A program made the translations under genes and the position numbers. Positions 1-8,720 of a stretch of 39,294 nucleotides of DNA are shown here, one piece after another. Under the pieces are notes generated by a model that had not been told where the DNA came from, searched no databases, and saw only the letters and a program-made list of their open reading frames with translations. Source of the stretch: Methanobacteriota archaeon (GTDB lineage: Archaea; Thermoplasmatota; Poseidoniia; Poseidoniales; Thalassarchaeaceae). Location: NCBI GenBank assembly GCA_002685895.1, contig NYYK01000002.1:1-39294 (forward strand), written 5' to 3'. Position 1 is the first letter of the stretch. Each line of letters opens with the position of its first letter.

Positions 1-29
1 CGTAGCCATAGCGTCGCTGTACTAGAAAC

Positions 30-83
30 GCCATCCTGCGCGCTTCGCGACTTCGGATGGCAGTCTTCGCTATGCGAAGGCTG
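30..83. repeat. REP-like GC-rich palindrome pair
   Basis: gccatcc...cttcggatggc and cagtcttcgc-tat-gcgaaggctg hairpins downstream of the SGNH gene. Confidence 0.6.
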
Positions 84-134
84 GGGGGCGGGTGTATCTT
101 TAGGTGTGATTTTGAGGTGTGATTTTGACTGGGT

Positions 135-1127
135 TTATTGAATCTTATCTGCAATAACCCCCGCTGCCTTCTCCAGCGACTCCGGATTTGGATGAACAGT
201 ATCCCACGGCAAAGTCGGGACTTTATTTTCAAACGTATCGTACAAATCAATAACCTGGAACTCATAAGCCTCTGCAATCTTCTTGAGTCTTGGTCGCGCA
301 AATTCATGCAATTCCTGATCTGGCCAGATAACAAAGTATTTGCGATCAAGCGGAACCAGTTTGCTGAATTGTTCAAGTTGGATCGAGTACTGCGTCAGTA
401 TGTTTTGCTCAACAGAATCTTGATCAGGATTTTCGATTGAGCTTTTCTGCTCGGCTTTCTTCCTTTTCTTCCCAGCTCTTAGATCATAAGTCTTTTTGAA
501 TGCTTTATAAAATGTGCTATGGTCAGCAAGCCAACATTTGCCCGGCAAGTAATTCATAATTCCTGTTGTAATTGGTCTGCAAGTTTCCTGTGATGGATCC
601 CAACCTTTTGGTCGCAGTATTCCTTTGTCATCCAGGAAGCCCGCAGTTCCGCCAAGGTCATTAAAGTAAAAAACTAGAACAATGATCTCGGGATCAATTG
701 GAACTATCTTTTTTCTGAGTATGCCGGTTTCTTGTTCCAGATTATATCCTGGCACTGCAGTATTAATTAAATTGTAACCGGGTAGGAGATCGGCCATGTA
801 AGCAGTCAAAGTCTGATCATCATTCACTCCATATCCGAATGTTATCGAGTCTCCGAAGACTGCAACTGTCGGAGTGTCTTCAATTAGTTCCGGACTTCTG
901 AACCCCAAACTGTTTGTGGAGATTTTTGCTTTGTAGGCTTTCTCTTTCTTTAGATTGGATTTAAGTTCGTAGCTTATCTCTGGATGCTCGTTGGTTTGGA
1001 AGATCTTTGGGGGATTGGGGGAAGTTCGTTGTAATCCTGTGATTCTTAAGCCCAATTCAGCAATCAGAAAGAAAACGAGGATTGAACCTATCAGGAGCGA
1101 GCCGTTGGATATCCAGGTATTTCTCAT
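135..1127 (-). CDS. SGNH/GDSL hydrolase family protein with N-terminal membrane anchor
   Basis: GDSITFG block I, NxAVPGY, FYFND, DTVHP; N-terminal hydrophobic helix; NSLGFR motif. Confidence 0.85.
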   Translation of the reverse strand: MRNTWISNGSLLIGSILVFFLIAELGLRITGLQRTSPNPPKIFQTNEHPEISYELKSNLKKEKAYKAKISTNSLGFRSPELIEDTPTVAVFGDSITFGYGVNDDQTLTAYMADLLPGYNLINTAVPGYNLEQETGILRKKIVPIDPEIIVLVFYFNDLGGTAGFLDDKGILRPKGWDPSQETCRPITTGIMNYLPGKCWLADHSTFYKAFKKTYDLRAGKKRKKAEQKSSIENPDQDSVEQNILTQYSIQLEQFSKLVPLDRKYFVIWPDQELHEFARPRLKKIAEAYEFQVIDLYDTFENKVPTLPWDTVHPNPESLEKAAGVIADKIQ

Positions 1128-1150
1128 ATGGGCATTAAAGGTAATCGTGG

Positions 1151-1239
1151 AAAGGATACAACATTAGGATATAAAGGATATAAATGATTTAAAGGATTTT
1201 CATCCTTTATATCCTTTAACTCCTTTATATCATTTTATT
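1151..1239. repeat. inverted pair of degenerate 9-bp tandem arrays (AAAGGATAT / ATCCTTTAT)
   Basis: aaaggatat aaatgattt aaaggattt followed by atcctttat atcctttaa ctcctttat. Confidence 0.85.
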
Positions 1240-3064
1240 AGTCCAAATCAAACTTCTCCAAGTAGTCCTTCTTATTAAGTACTCTGTCTTCAGGCATTTC
1301 AATCTTACTTAGCAGGAAATTGCCAAGAACAAGATAATCCATGTGTGTGTTTAAGAAACAATTAATTGCATCTTCAGGGCTTCTGACAATTGGTTCACTT
1401 CTCACATTAAATGATGTGTTTATAATTACTCCGCATCCGGTTTTCTTATCAAAAGCTTTTATTAAATCATAATACTTAGCATTCTGGTCGCGATTGATGC
1501 TTTGTATTCTTGCGGAGCCATCCACATGAGTAACAGCGGGAATTTCTTCTCGCTTTGCAGGATGAACATCAGCAACAAGAAGCATGTAAGGAGTCGGACA
1601 GTCCAGATCAAAGTAGTCAGACACTCTTTCTTCCAGCACAGTTGGTGCAAAAGGACGGAATGATTCGCGGAATTTAATTTTCAGGTTAACTTTTTGCCAG
1701 TTATCCATATTTCTTGCGTCGGCAATGATAGATCTGTTGCCGAGTGCGCGAGGACCGTACTCCATTCTTCCTTGGAACCAACCAATTACGTTATCTCCCT
1801 GCATCAGAGTTGAAACGCGATCAATAAGTCCGTCGCCTGACATCTTAACGAATGGCAATCCTTCTTTATTTAAAGTTTTTTCAATTTCCTCATCAGAATA
1901 CTCATCTCCAAAGTATGCGTGATCCATTCGGGGAAGTTTAGATCCGTTAAACTTCTTGTACCATATAGCAAGTGCAACACCCAGAGCTCCTCCTGCATCA
2001 CCTGATGCGGGTTGTATATAAACTTCTTTAAAAAGACCGCTTCTGAGGATCTTCCCGTTAGCTACGCAGTTGAGTGACACACCACCCGCCAGGCAAAGAT
2101 TATCCGAACCAGCTAAATTCTTGGCATGTTTAACAATTTTCATCATAACCTCCTCAGTCAGATCTTGCAGAGAACGGGCAATATCCTTGTGGAATTGCTC
2201 AAGCTCCGATTCCGGCTTCCTTCGTGGCCGGCCAAGCAGAGATTCAAGCTTCCTTCCGGTCATTCTAAGGCCATGCTCAAATGTGAAGTACTTCATATTG
2301 AGCGCGAAGCTTCCATCTTCTTTTACATCGATTAGCTCCCGCATCTTTTCCAAATACTTAGGCTCACCATAAGGGGCAAGGCCCATCACTTTATACTCAG
2401 CGGAGTTAACTTTGAAGCCGAGGTAGTAAGTTATTGCGGAGTATAGGAGACCGAGTGAATGGGGATAGTGGATTTCTTTAAGAATAGTTACAGGAGAGGT
2501 GTCATCCTGAGCTCTGTCGAAGGATGACGCCGCATGACATGGTTCGACAGAGCTCACCATGACATGCTTACCCTTCCCAATAGTAGCCGTCGCCCATTCG
2601 CCAACGCCATCAACTGTTACTATTGTTGCATCATCAAACCCGGAGACACCGAAACTTGAGTACGCATGTGACTCGTGATGGGGGATAAAGAAGATATCGC
2701 CTTTGTAATTAAGCTCTTTTTTGATGTTGTGAGGTATCCAGAGCTTTTTAATCATCCAATCCTGCATTGCATACTGATACTGCATGAAGCCGAGTGGCCA
2801 GACTTTGAAAAGCGTCTTTAAAATCCTATCGAAAAACTTAGTGAAAGGTTTTTCATAGAATCCTACCGCACTTAAACTCTCAGAAGTAATTCCTGCAAAA
2901 CTCAGAGCCTCATTAATTGCGTTATTTGGAAAAGAATCGTCTTGTTTCTTTCTTGTGTAACGTTCTTCCTGCGCCGCGAAGATTATTTCTCCATCCTTGA
3001 TCAGCACGCAAGCTGAGTCGTGGTAATAGCAACTAATGCCGAGGATGTAGATTGGCTTATCCAT
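1238..3064 (-). CDS. carbamoyltransferase (NodU/CmcH/SxtI family)
   Basis: ILGISCYYHDSAC, HHESH, DGVGE, EYKVMGLAPYG, AGGVSLN, GPRALGNRS, FRPFAP, NTSFN; start taken at MDKPIYILG. Confidence 0.95.
   Translation of the reverse strand: MDKPIYILGISCYYHDSACVLIKDGEIIFAAQEERYTRKKQDDSFPNNAINEALSFAGITSESLSAVGFYEKPFTKFFDRILKTLFKVWPLGFMQYQYAMQDWMIKKLWIPHNIKKELNYKGDIFFIPHHESHAYSSFGVSGFDDATIVTVDGVGEWATATIGKGKHVMVSSVEPCHAASSFDRAQDDTSPVTILKEIHYPHSLGLLYSAITYYLGFKVNSAEYKVMGLAPYGEPKYLEKMRELIDVKEDGSFALNMKYFTFEHGLRMTGRKLESLLGRPRRKPESELEQFHKDIARSLQDLTEEVMMKIVKHAKNLAGSDNLCLAGGVSLNCVANGKILRSGLFKEVYIQPASGDAGGALGVALAIWYKKFNGSKLPRMDHAYFGDEYSDEEIEKTLNKEGLPFVKMSGDGLIDRVSTLMQGDNVIGWFQGRMEYGPRALGNRSIIADARNMDNWQKVNLKIKFRESFRPFAPTVLEERVSDYFDLDCPTPYMLLVADVHPAKREEIPAVTHVDGSARIQSINRDQNAKYYDLIKAFDKKTGCGVIINTSFNVRSEPIVRSPEDAINCFLNTHMDYLVLGNFLLSKIEMPEDRVLNKKDYLEKFDLD
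2501..2563. repeat. 63-bp palindromic element inserted in frame in the carbamoyltransferase
   Basis: gtcatcctgagctctgtcgaa (2501-2521) and ttcgacagagctcaccatgac (2543-2563) are inverted repeats with 2 mismatches; 21 codons long. Confidence 0.85.
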
Positions 3065-3065
3065 A

Positions 3066-3293
3066 TTAAAACTGATATTGCATTCCGGCATCTTTCGGCG
3101 GATCGATCCAGTAAGTTGAGACAGGTTTCTTGAAAAGATTTTTTAGATTCCAAATTTTTAGCCCGAGTCCGTATATGCTGAAACACACAAGCCAAAATAA
3201 GCTCAGGATTATAAAACTCATCACTTTGCCAAGCACGTGACTAAACGAGCACCAGGCTTTCCAGAAAGGCTGTAGAGGCTTAGGCATGTGCAT
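3066..3293 (-). CDS. SxtJ-like small membrane protein
   Basis: W..F...LG.V.S.IIL...F motif and C-terminal STYW...QF; directly upstream of the carbamoyltransferase. Confidence 0.75.
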   Translation of the reverse strand: MHMPKPLQPFWKAWCSFSHVLGKVMSFIILSLFWLVCFSIYGLGLKIWNLKNLFKKPVSTYWIDPPKDAGMQYQF

Positions 3294-3320
3294 ATGTTAA
3301 TTGTAAGCTATGTGCGTATC

Positions 3321-3390
3321 GAAGGATATAAAAGAGATAAAAGATTTAAAGGATTCTCATTTATATCTTTTATATCCTTTATATCTTTAA
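3321..3390. repeat. inverted 9-bp degenerate arrays, same family as 1151-1239
   Basis: aaggatata aaagagata aaagattta aaggatt followed by ttatatctt ttatatcct ttatatctt. Confidence 0.8.
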
Positions 3391-3545
3391 AACACAGTAT
3401 AAATAAAGGGCGCTAACGGCGATCCCTGGGCAAACACAAGTATCAGTCCCAAAAGTGCAATCATTACTACAATGGGCAAAAGCCACCACTTTTTGCGTAT
3501 TCTCATGAAATGCCATAATTCTGAGAAGATCGAGAGTTTGCTCAT
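3387..3545 (-). CDS. DUF5989 (SxtK-like) small membrane protein, 52 aa, absent from the ORF track
   Basis: manual translation MSKLSIFSELWHFMRIRKKWWLLPIVVMIALLGLILVFAQGSPLAPFIYTVF; RKKWWL.P and APFIYT.F hallmarks. Confidence 0.9.
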   Translation of the reverse strand: MSKLSIFSELWHFMRIRKKWWLLPIVVMIALLGLILVFAQGSPLAPFIYTVF

Positions 3546-3565
3546 TAATTAGATTGTACATATAT

Positions 3566-3675
3566 AAAGAAACAGAAGAAACAGAAGAAGCAGAAGAATC
3601 AGAAGAATCAGAGGACTTCGTTAAAATAGAATCTGAAGATTTTTCTCTTCTGTTTCTTCTGATTCCTCTGTTTCC
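3566..3675. repeat. inverted 9-bp arrays (AGAAGAATC / TCTTCTGAT)
   Basis: agaagaaac agaagaagc agaagaatc agaagaatc ... tcttctgtt tcttctgat tcctctgtt. Confidence 0.85.
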
Positions 3676-4802
3676 TAATAAAGGATATTGCACATTTCTT
3701 TGGCAATTAATTCTCCGGCCAGCCTGTTCCCCTCGACATTCCAATGGCCTTCACCCGAATCATCAAAGCCATGTAGATAGGTATTATTAGTCTTAGCGTA
3801 TGTGAGGAACTTAGGTGCCAAAGTAATTACAGGCACATTGATCGATTCGCCGAGTTTCCCAATACGTCTTTCGGGATAATTAAGATCAGCTTTATTTTCA
3901 GGCTTAACCTGAACACCGTTGGTCAAAGTTACAATTACAAACTTCGAATTATGAGATTTAACCTCCTCATTCATCTTTTTAATAATTTCTTCGGTTATTC
4001 TCCATGCTTCTTCCCATTCTGGTGCCGGCGGATCAGAATAAATTTCTGTATCCAAGCCGGGGTCACCTCTCTTTGCATCTTCATCTTCTTTGTTAATGCC
4101 AAGTTCTTTCATTAGTCTCTGGTTGCGCGCGGAAATTTTGATCTTATTTATCATTTGCATCGTCCTAAAGTTATTTACAATCAAGTGTGAGCCTTGATAA
4201 AGAAACTTCTGTGAGCTTTTAAACTCTTTTGTGTCTTTAAAAGATTCATCCAGCTTTAGTTCGCTTCCATCCAAAAAGAAATATGGAATATTGTGAACAT
4301 TATTAAGTGCTTTTGAGTTTTCTCTTACATCGTTTCCGGAAAGGAAAGAAAGCAGAACAATATCAGGCTGATAATCCCAGACTATGTGCTTAAGAAGCAG
4401 GTATTCCTGCGCAGTCGAGAAGCCGGACATTCCGAAGTTCAAAACTTCAATCTCCTTACCAGCACAGGTGTTCAGTTCATTCTCCATTATGGACCAATAT
4501 GCATTCTTAGCATTAACATGACGGGCCTCTGTATATGAATCTCCCAATACAGCGACTCTGATTACTCCGTCAGCTTTTTCTTTTGAATACAATTTGTCTC
4601 TGAAACCATCGTGATTCACCTTGAAGTGCGCCTTTCCTTCGTCTTGCCAATATCCTTCCGCTTCCGGACGGAGAGAAAACCCGGTCACAGGGTCTATTCT
4701 CATATAATAAGGGAAAGAGAACCCCACTAATCTGAGGATGATTTCGAATATTAAAACTGCAATGGTTACAGATATGATGATAAGAAGTAGCTGTTTTCTC
4801 AT
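3675..4802 (-). CDS. SGNH/GDSL hydrolase family protein
   Basis: LGDSYTE, NFGMSG, GND, GHWN..G; N-terminal TM helix; start at MRKQLLL overlapping the stop of the upstream gene. Confidence 0.88.
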   Translation of the reverse strand: MRKQLLLIIISVTIAVLIFEIILRLVGFSFPYYMRIDPVTGFSLRPEAEGYWQDEGKAHFKVNHDGFRDKLYSKEKADGVIRVAVLGDSYTEARHVNAKNAYWSIMENELNTCAGKEIEVLNFGMSGFSTAQEYLLLKHIVWDYQPDIVLLSFLSGNDVRENSKALNNVHNIPYFFLDGSELKLDESFKDTKEFKSSQKFLYQGSHLIVNNFRTMQMINKIKISARNQRLMKELGINKEDEDAKRGDPGLDTEIYSDPPAPEWEEAWRITEEIIKKMNEEVKSHNSKFVIVTLTNGVQVKPENKADLNYPERRIGKLGESINVPVITLAPKFLTYAKTNNTYLHGFDDSGEGHWNVEGNRLAGELIAKEMCNILY

Positions 4803-5470
4803 AAAACTCCGGCAATAATATTCATTATTACAAGGAATGGCGTCATTATCCCAAACACCCATGTGGAAAGAATTGGAATATTAAATACCATCCCTGCGAT
4901 TATCAGTCCCAACAGAATTATCGGACCGCGTGCCATGAATTCAAAATATTCACGTTCATATCTAAGCGGAATGAAAGCGTAAAGAACTTTTGAACCGTCC
5001 AATGGATTAATCGGCAACAGATTGAATGCCATAAGAGCTAGATTTACAAAGATGCAACGGCTTAGAACGCGCTCGAGCATTATCATTACAGTAGAGCCTC
5101 CACCAGAGCCTCCAAGAAGTCCGATTGCAGATGTTGAGTTCCATTCAAAAAGTCCGATCATCAAAAAGAAACAAATAAACGCTGTGATCAGATTAGCCGC
5201 AGGGCCTGCGAGAGCTACAAGTGTAGTATCGCGTTTAACATTCTTAAAATATCGCGGATCAATAGGAACAGGTTTTGCCCAACCGAATCCAATTACAAAA
5301 AACATCAGTGTTCCTATCGGGTCCAGATGCGCGAGGGGATTGAGGCTGACACGATTATCCATCTTTGCTGTTGGATCCCCCAGTTTCAAAGCAATGTATC
5401 CGTGTGCAAACTCATGAACAGAGAGGCCGATTAAAACGGCGATGATGAAAGTAGGGTTTAGGAAAGTCAT
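4799..5470 (-). CDS. site-2 protease family (M50) membrane metalloprotease
   Basis: HEFAH, GDPT, NPLAHLDP.G, AGPAAN, FNLLPINPLDG. Confidence 0.93.
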   Translation of the reverse strand: MTFLNPTFIIAVLIGLSVHEFAHGYIALKLGDPTAKMDNRVSLNPLAHLDPIGTLMFFVIGFGWAKPVPIDPRYFKNVKRDTTLVALAGPAANLITAFICFFLMIGLFEWNSTSAIGLLGGSGGGSTVMIMLERVLSRCIFVNLALMAFNLLPINPLDGSKVLYAFIPLRYEREYFEFMARGPIILLGLIIAGMVFNIPILSTWVFGIMTPFLVIMNIIAGVL

Positions 5471-5519
5471 TGGCACTACTTTAGCGCAGTATCTTACCCT
5501 TAGACAGACTCTCTTTGAT

Positions 5520-5750
5520 TTACTGAATTAAATCGTCATCTGTCTCGATAACCACTTGTCCAGGATAATGTGGTACCAAATCAGCAAGTAGTTTTTCAAC
5601 CTGCGATTTTATTTCTCCGGTATCGACGCCGGGAAGAGTCGTGACTACAAGAATATCGGGTGTAAAAGTAGCGCCTTCTACTCCTTCTATAGCAAGTACT
5701 TGTCCCCCTGCCTTTTCTGCTATACAGTGAGGATCTGGTCCGCGTCTCAT
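5520..5750 (-). CDS. small acidic hypothetical protein (76 aa)
   Basis: ATG start with TATAAT 8 nt upstream; fills the intergenic gap; no family recognised. Confidence 0.6.
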   Translation of the reverse strand: MRRGPDPHCIAEKAGGQVLAIEGVEGATFTPDILVVTTLPGVDTGEIKSQVEKLLADLVPHYPGQVVIETDDDLIQ

Positions 5751-5801
5751 ATAGTTGTATTATAGCAGAATATGAGAAATAATCAAATAGCGTTAAATTT
5801 G

Positions 5802-5830
5802 TTGACGTATTCAATAACAAACCTTAGGCT
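5802..5830 (+). promoter_or_regulatory. putative sigma70 promoter of rpmB
   Basis: TTGACG-N17-TAGGCT, 10 nt before the ATG. Confidence 0.5.
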
Positions 5831-5840
5831 TCTTTAGCTC

Positions 5841-6050
5841 ATGTCACGTAAATGCTCCAAGACTGGCAAAAAGACTGTTTTCGGAAATACCCGAAGCCAC
5901 TCGATGAGACATACAAGGCGCCAGTTCAAGCCGAATATTCAAAAGAAGCGAGTTTATGATCCTAAAACAAAGACTTACAAAGTTATAAAGGTCTCGACAA
6001 GTTACCTTCGAACTTTGGCGAAGAGAATGCAGGAGGGGAAGAAGGTTTGA
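5841..6050 (+). CDS. rpmB: 50S ribosomal protein L28
   Basis: MSRKC..TGK....GN.RSHS..HTRR.FKPNIQ. Confidence 0.97.
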   Translation: MSRKCSKTGKKTVFGNTRSHSMRHTRRQFKPNIQKKRVYDPKTKTYKVIKVSTSYLRTLAKRMQEGKKV

Positions 6051-6086
6051 TTCGGGTTCGGCTATCGGGTTCGGTTTTCGGGTTTA

Positions 6087-6500
6087 TTATTCATCCTCCT
6101 CAGGATCCACTTTCTGCCTGGATTCCTTTTTATCAGCTTGGTGGTGCTTCTCTTCGAGCATCTTTTGCTTTGACCTTCTGGATCTGCGTTGTTTTTGCTT
6201 TTCTATCTTATGATGTTTCTGGGCAAGTTCCGATTTTGCGTCTAATTGCTCTTCCTCGATCTTATCAATTAATAACTCATAAGCTTCTTTTCTATTCTGA
6301 TGAAGACCTCTGTGATGCTGGTATCTGACTGTGATTCCAGTTGGCTCATGCGTCAGCTCCACACAATTGGTCGATTTATTGATCTTCTGGCCCCCATGCC
6401 CGCCGCCGCGCGTATGGTGCTCCTCGATATCCTCCAATTTGATCTCGAGCTTAGCTATCTTCTTCAAGTACTTTTGTTGTAGGTCATCTGGTAAGTGCAT
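6087..6500 (-). CDS. stand-alone GGQ peptidyl-tRNA hydrolase domain protein (ArfB / C12orf65-like rescue factor)
   Basis: GGHGGQKINKSTNCVELTHEPTGI..R...R..HQNR plus basic C-terminal tail; no codon-recognition domain. Confidence 0.85.
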   Translation of the reverse strand: MHLPDDLQQKYLKKIAKLEIKLEDIEEHHTRGGGHGGQKINKSTNCVELTHEPTGITVRYQHHRGLHQNRKEAYELLIDKIEEEQLDAKSELAQKHHKIEKQKQRRSRRSKQKMLEEKHHQADKKESRQKVDPEEDE

Positions 6501-6505
6501 GACTC

Positions 6506-6540
6506 AAGTATTAAGTATTGAGTATTAAGTATCAAGTATG
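6506..6540 (+). repeat. 7-bp tandem array (AAGTATT) x5
   Basis: aagtatt aagtatt gagtatt aagtatc aagtatg. Confidence 0.85.
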
Positions 6541-6650
6541 GAATGCCAGTTGTCTGAACCTTGATTTGCTTGATTACAGGATTAACTTGATTACAGAGAA
6601 TTACCTTAAATCCTGTTTATCATGAAAATCATGTTGATCATGGTCTTTTT

Positions 6651-6679
6651 TGTAAGAATCACAAACCTCACTCGTCTTA
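6651..6679 (+). promoter_or_regulatory. ECF sigma-type promoter, copy 1
   Basis: TGTAAGAA-N13-TCGTCTTA; same boxes and spacing as 7301-7329. Confidence 0.8.
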
Positions 6680-6721
6680 AGCACTGTCACAGACACTTTT
6701 ATTCTTTCCCAACCATACTCA

Positions 6722-7111
6722 ATGAAAAGGCTCGACAGATTCGTATCACTCTCTCTATTAGGAGTCCTTACTGTTGCACTGGTGCCCGTAGCATCAGCAC
6801 AGGGACAATTCTGGGGACAAATTCCCGAAGGCGCTCGCGAGGAGCTTAGGGAATGCAAGGAAAAAGAAACAAGAGAAGAGAAACGCGAATGTGCGAAAGC
6901 GGTATTCGAGAAATACGACATCGATCCGCCTGTAAGACGTATACGTAGGCATTTCAAGCACAAGATAGGAAGAGGGGTTGGCAAATGTTTACGTTTAGAG
7001 GATAGAGGAGAGGCTTCACAATGCTTCCTTAACATTTACGACAAGGTGAAACAAATGAGGGAAGAAGGGGGACCCACGCACCAGAGCGCTAGCGCGCTCG
7101 GTTCGGGGTAA
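6722..7111 (+). CDS. secreted hypothetical protein with two CX11C repeats
   Basis: signal peptide ending VASA; CKEKETREEKREC and CLRLEDRGEASQC. Confidence 0.75.
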   Translation: MKRLDRFVSLSLLGVLTVALVPVASAQGQFWGQIPEGAREELRECKEKETREEKRECAKAVFEKYDIDPPVRRIRRHFKHKIGRGVGKCLRLEDRGEASQCFLNIYDKVKQMREEGGPTHQSASALGSG

Positions 7112-7147
7112 AAATCCTGAAGTGTAGTTTCAGGATTACATCATCGG

Positions 7148-7180
7148 AATACTGCTGCAGTTGATTACTGCGGCAGTATT
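7148..7180 (+). terminator. stem-loop, probable terminator
   Basis: aatactgctgcagt-tgatt-actgcggcagtatt followed by T-rich sequence. Confidence 0.6.
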
Positions 7181-7205
7181 TGTTAATTATTGGTTTTAGT
7201 TGAGA

Positions 7206-7290
7206 GCAATTAGCAGATTAGCAATTAGCAATTGGCTTTTTTTTAATCAAAAAAATAGCCAATCTGCCAATCTGCCAATATGCTAATTGC
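7206..7290. repeat. inverted 7-8-bp degenerate arrays
   Basis: aattagc agattagc aattagc aattggc ... gccaatct gccaatct gccaatat gctaatt. Confidence 0.8.
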
Positions 7291-7300
7291 CGGTAATTTG

Positions 7301-7329
7301 TGTAAGAACATACCTCTTCATTCGTCTTA
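7301..7329 (+). promoter_or_regulatory. ECF sigma-type autoregulatory promoter, copy 2
   Basis: TGTAAGAA-N13-TCGTCTTA just upstream of the ECF start; CGTC -10 is typical of ECF promoters. Confidence 0.8.
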
Positions 7330-7337
7330 TGATCTGG

Positions 7338-7859
7338 ATGCCCCATTCTTCCGTAGAACGCCGTTTCACAAAAGCGTACGACCTATACGCAGACTCGATC
7401 TTTAGACATTGTTACTTCCGGATTGGAGACAGAGAAAGGGGCAAAGAGCTGATGCAGGACGCATTCCTTAAAACCTGGGAGTACATCGCCAAGGGCAACG
7501 AAGTGGAAGATATGAGGGCATTTCTGTACCGTACGGCAAATAATCTGATAGTCGATCTGTACAGGCGTAGAGCCAAGAGGACAGAGGAGTCGTTCGAAGA
7601 CTTGCAGGAAAAAGGTTTCGATGTTGCAAGTTCAGAAAGAACCGAAAAGGAGACCGAAGAAGGTTTTACTTCAGATGAAGTAGTATCGGTGCTTGGCAAG
7701 ATAGAAGAGCCGTACAGATCAGCAGTAATAATGAGATACATTGATGATCTGAGTCCCAAGCAAATTGCACAGTCCCTTGGAGAATCGGTAAATGTAGTAT
7801 CCGTTCGAATAAACCGCGGAATGAAGAAGTTAAAGTCACTATTACCAAAATATGGATGA
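7338..7859 (+). CDS. ECF RNA polymerase sigma factor
   Basis: region 2 ELMQDAFLKTW...RAFLYRTANNLIVDLYRR; region 4 LSPKQIAQSLGESVNVVSVRINRG. Confidence 0.93.
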   Translation: MPHSSVERRFTKAYDLYADSIFRHCYFRIGDRERGKELMQDAFLKTWEYIAKGNEVEDMRAFLYRTANNLIVDLYRRRAKRTEESFEDLQEKGFDVASSERTEKETEEGFTSDEVVSVLGKIEEPYRSAVIMRYIDDLSPKQIAQSLGESVNVVSVRINRGMKKLKSLLPKYG

Positions 7860-8658
7860 ACTAGAAAAATTTTTGGCCTCAGCAAAAGCAGTATCCCTAT
7901 CGGATACAGAGCGTTGTGCAATGCGTGATGAGATATTTGCGGGAACCGTTGCAAAGTCGGTCACTGGCATTGAGCTAAGTAAGTGCGAAAAAAGGAGTTT
8001 TAAAAAAGAATTGAAAAGATTTATTAAATTGAATCCAATTGTTTCTTTTGGTAATTCGTTTGGAGGTCTTATGCATCTTAAGTTTGCTGCAACTGCTGTA
8101 ATTGCCGCGATTATTATTACTTCGACCGGCGGAGGAGTTGCATATGCGGCGGAGGATACTCTGCCCGGCGATCTGCTTTATCCGGTCAAGGTAAATGTTA
8201 CAGAGCCCTTGCGCGAGCACATGCATTTTAATAAAGATACTCGTGCACGATGGGCGGAAAAAAGACTCAAGCGCAGACTCTCGGAAGCGGAAGCACTTCT
8301 AAACAGGGGAGAAGTTTCTGATGAAAGAATGGAATGGATACAAAAACGCATTGCCATGCATCAAGTTCACTTAGAAAAAAGAATGCAGAGTTTGCCGGCA
8401 GGAATTCCCGGAGAGATCAGAAACCATTTGGAAGAACGTATGCAGGAGCATATTGATTTTCTAACTGCGATCGAAAAAGGTGAAATTCCAATGCCGAAAC
8501 TGGAAAGAGTACGCGGACATGCAAAAAAGCAAAGGATGCATATGCAGATGATCAGACAGAAGCCTCAAATGCAGCATCCAAAACTAAAGGAGAGGATGAG
8601 GGGAAAGGGGATGAAGCAGGGTGGGCTGTTTAAAGAAATGATTGAGGAGAGACATTAA
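7852..8658 (+). CDS. DUF5667-domain membrane protein, putative anti-sigma factor
   Basis: single TM, AAEDTLPGDLLYPVK..E and RRL.EA motifs; overlaps the ECF stop. Confidence 0.8.
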   Translation: MDELEKFLASAKAVSLSDTERCAMRDEIFAGTVAKSVTGIELSKCEKRSFKKELKRFIKLNPIVSFGNSFGGLMHLKFAATAVIAAIIITSTGGGVAYAAEDTLPGDLLYPVKVNVTEPLREHMHFNKDTRARWAEKRLKRRLSEAEALLNRGEVSDERMEWIQKRIAMHQVHLEKRMQSLPAGIPGEIRNHLEERMQEHIDFLTAIEKGEIPMPKLERVRGHAKKQRMHMQMIRQKPQMQHPKLKERMRGKGMKQGGLFKEMIEERH

Positions 8659-8665
8659 TAAATAA

Positions 8666-8693
8666 AACTTAGAACTTAGAACTTAGAGCTTAG
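8666..8693 (+). repeat. 7-bp tandem array (AACTTAG) x4
   Basis: aacttag aacttag aacttag agcttag. Confidence 0.85.
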
Positions 8694-8720
8694 GGGCAGT
8701 TTTTGATATATCATTAGAGT

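Noticed and set aside
3554..3790. ORF with ETEETEEAEESEES, and the opposite-strand ORF 3379-3744
   Set aside because: Both are translations of the 9-bp arrays; the real gene here is the 52-aa DUF5989 at 3387-3545
1238..4802. Saxitoxin biosynthesis
   Set aside because: No sxtA/sxtG-type core genes; the sxtIJK-like module is widespread outside toxin producers
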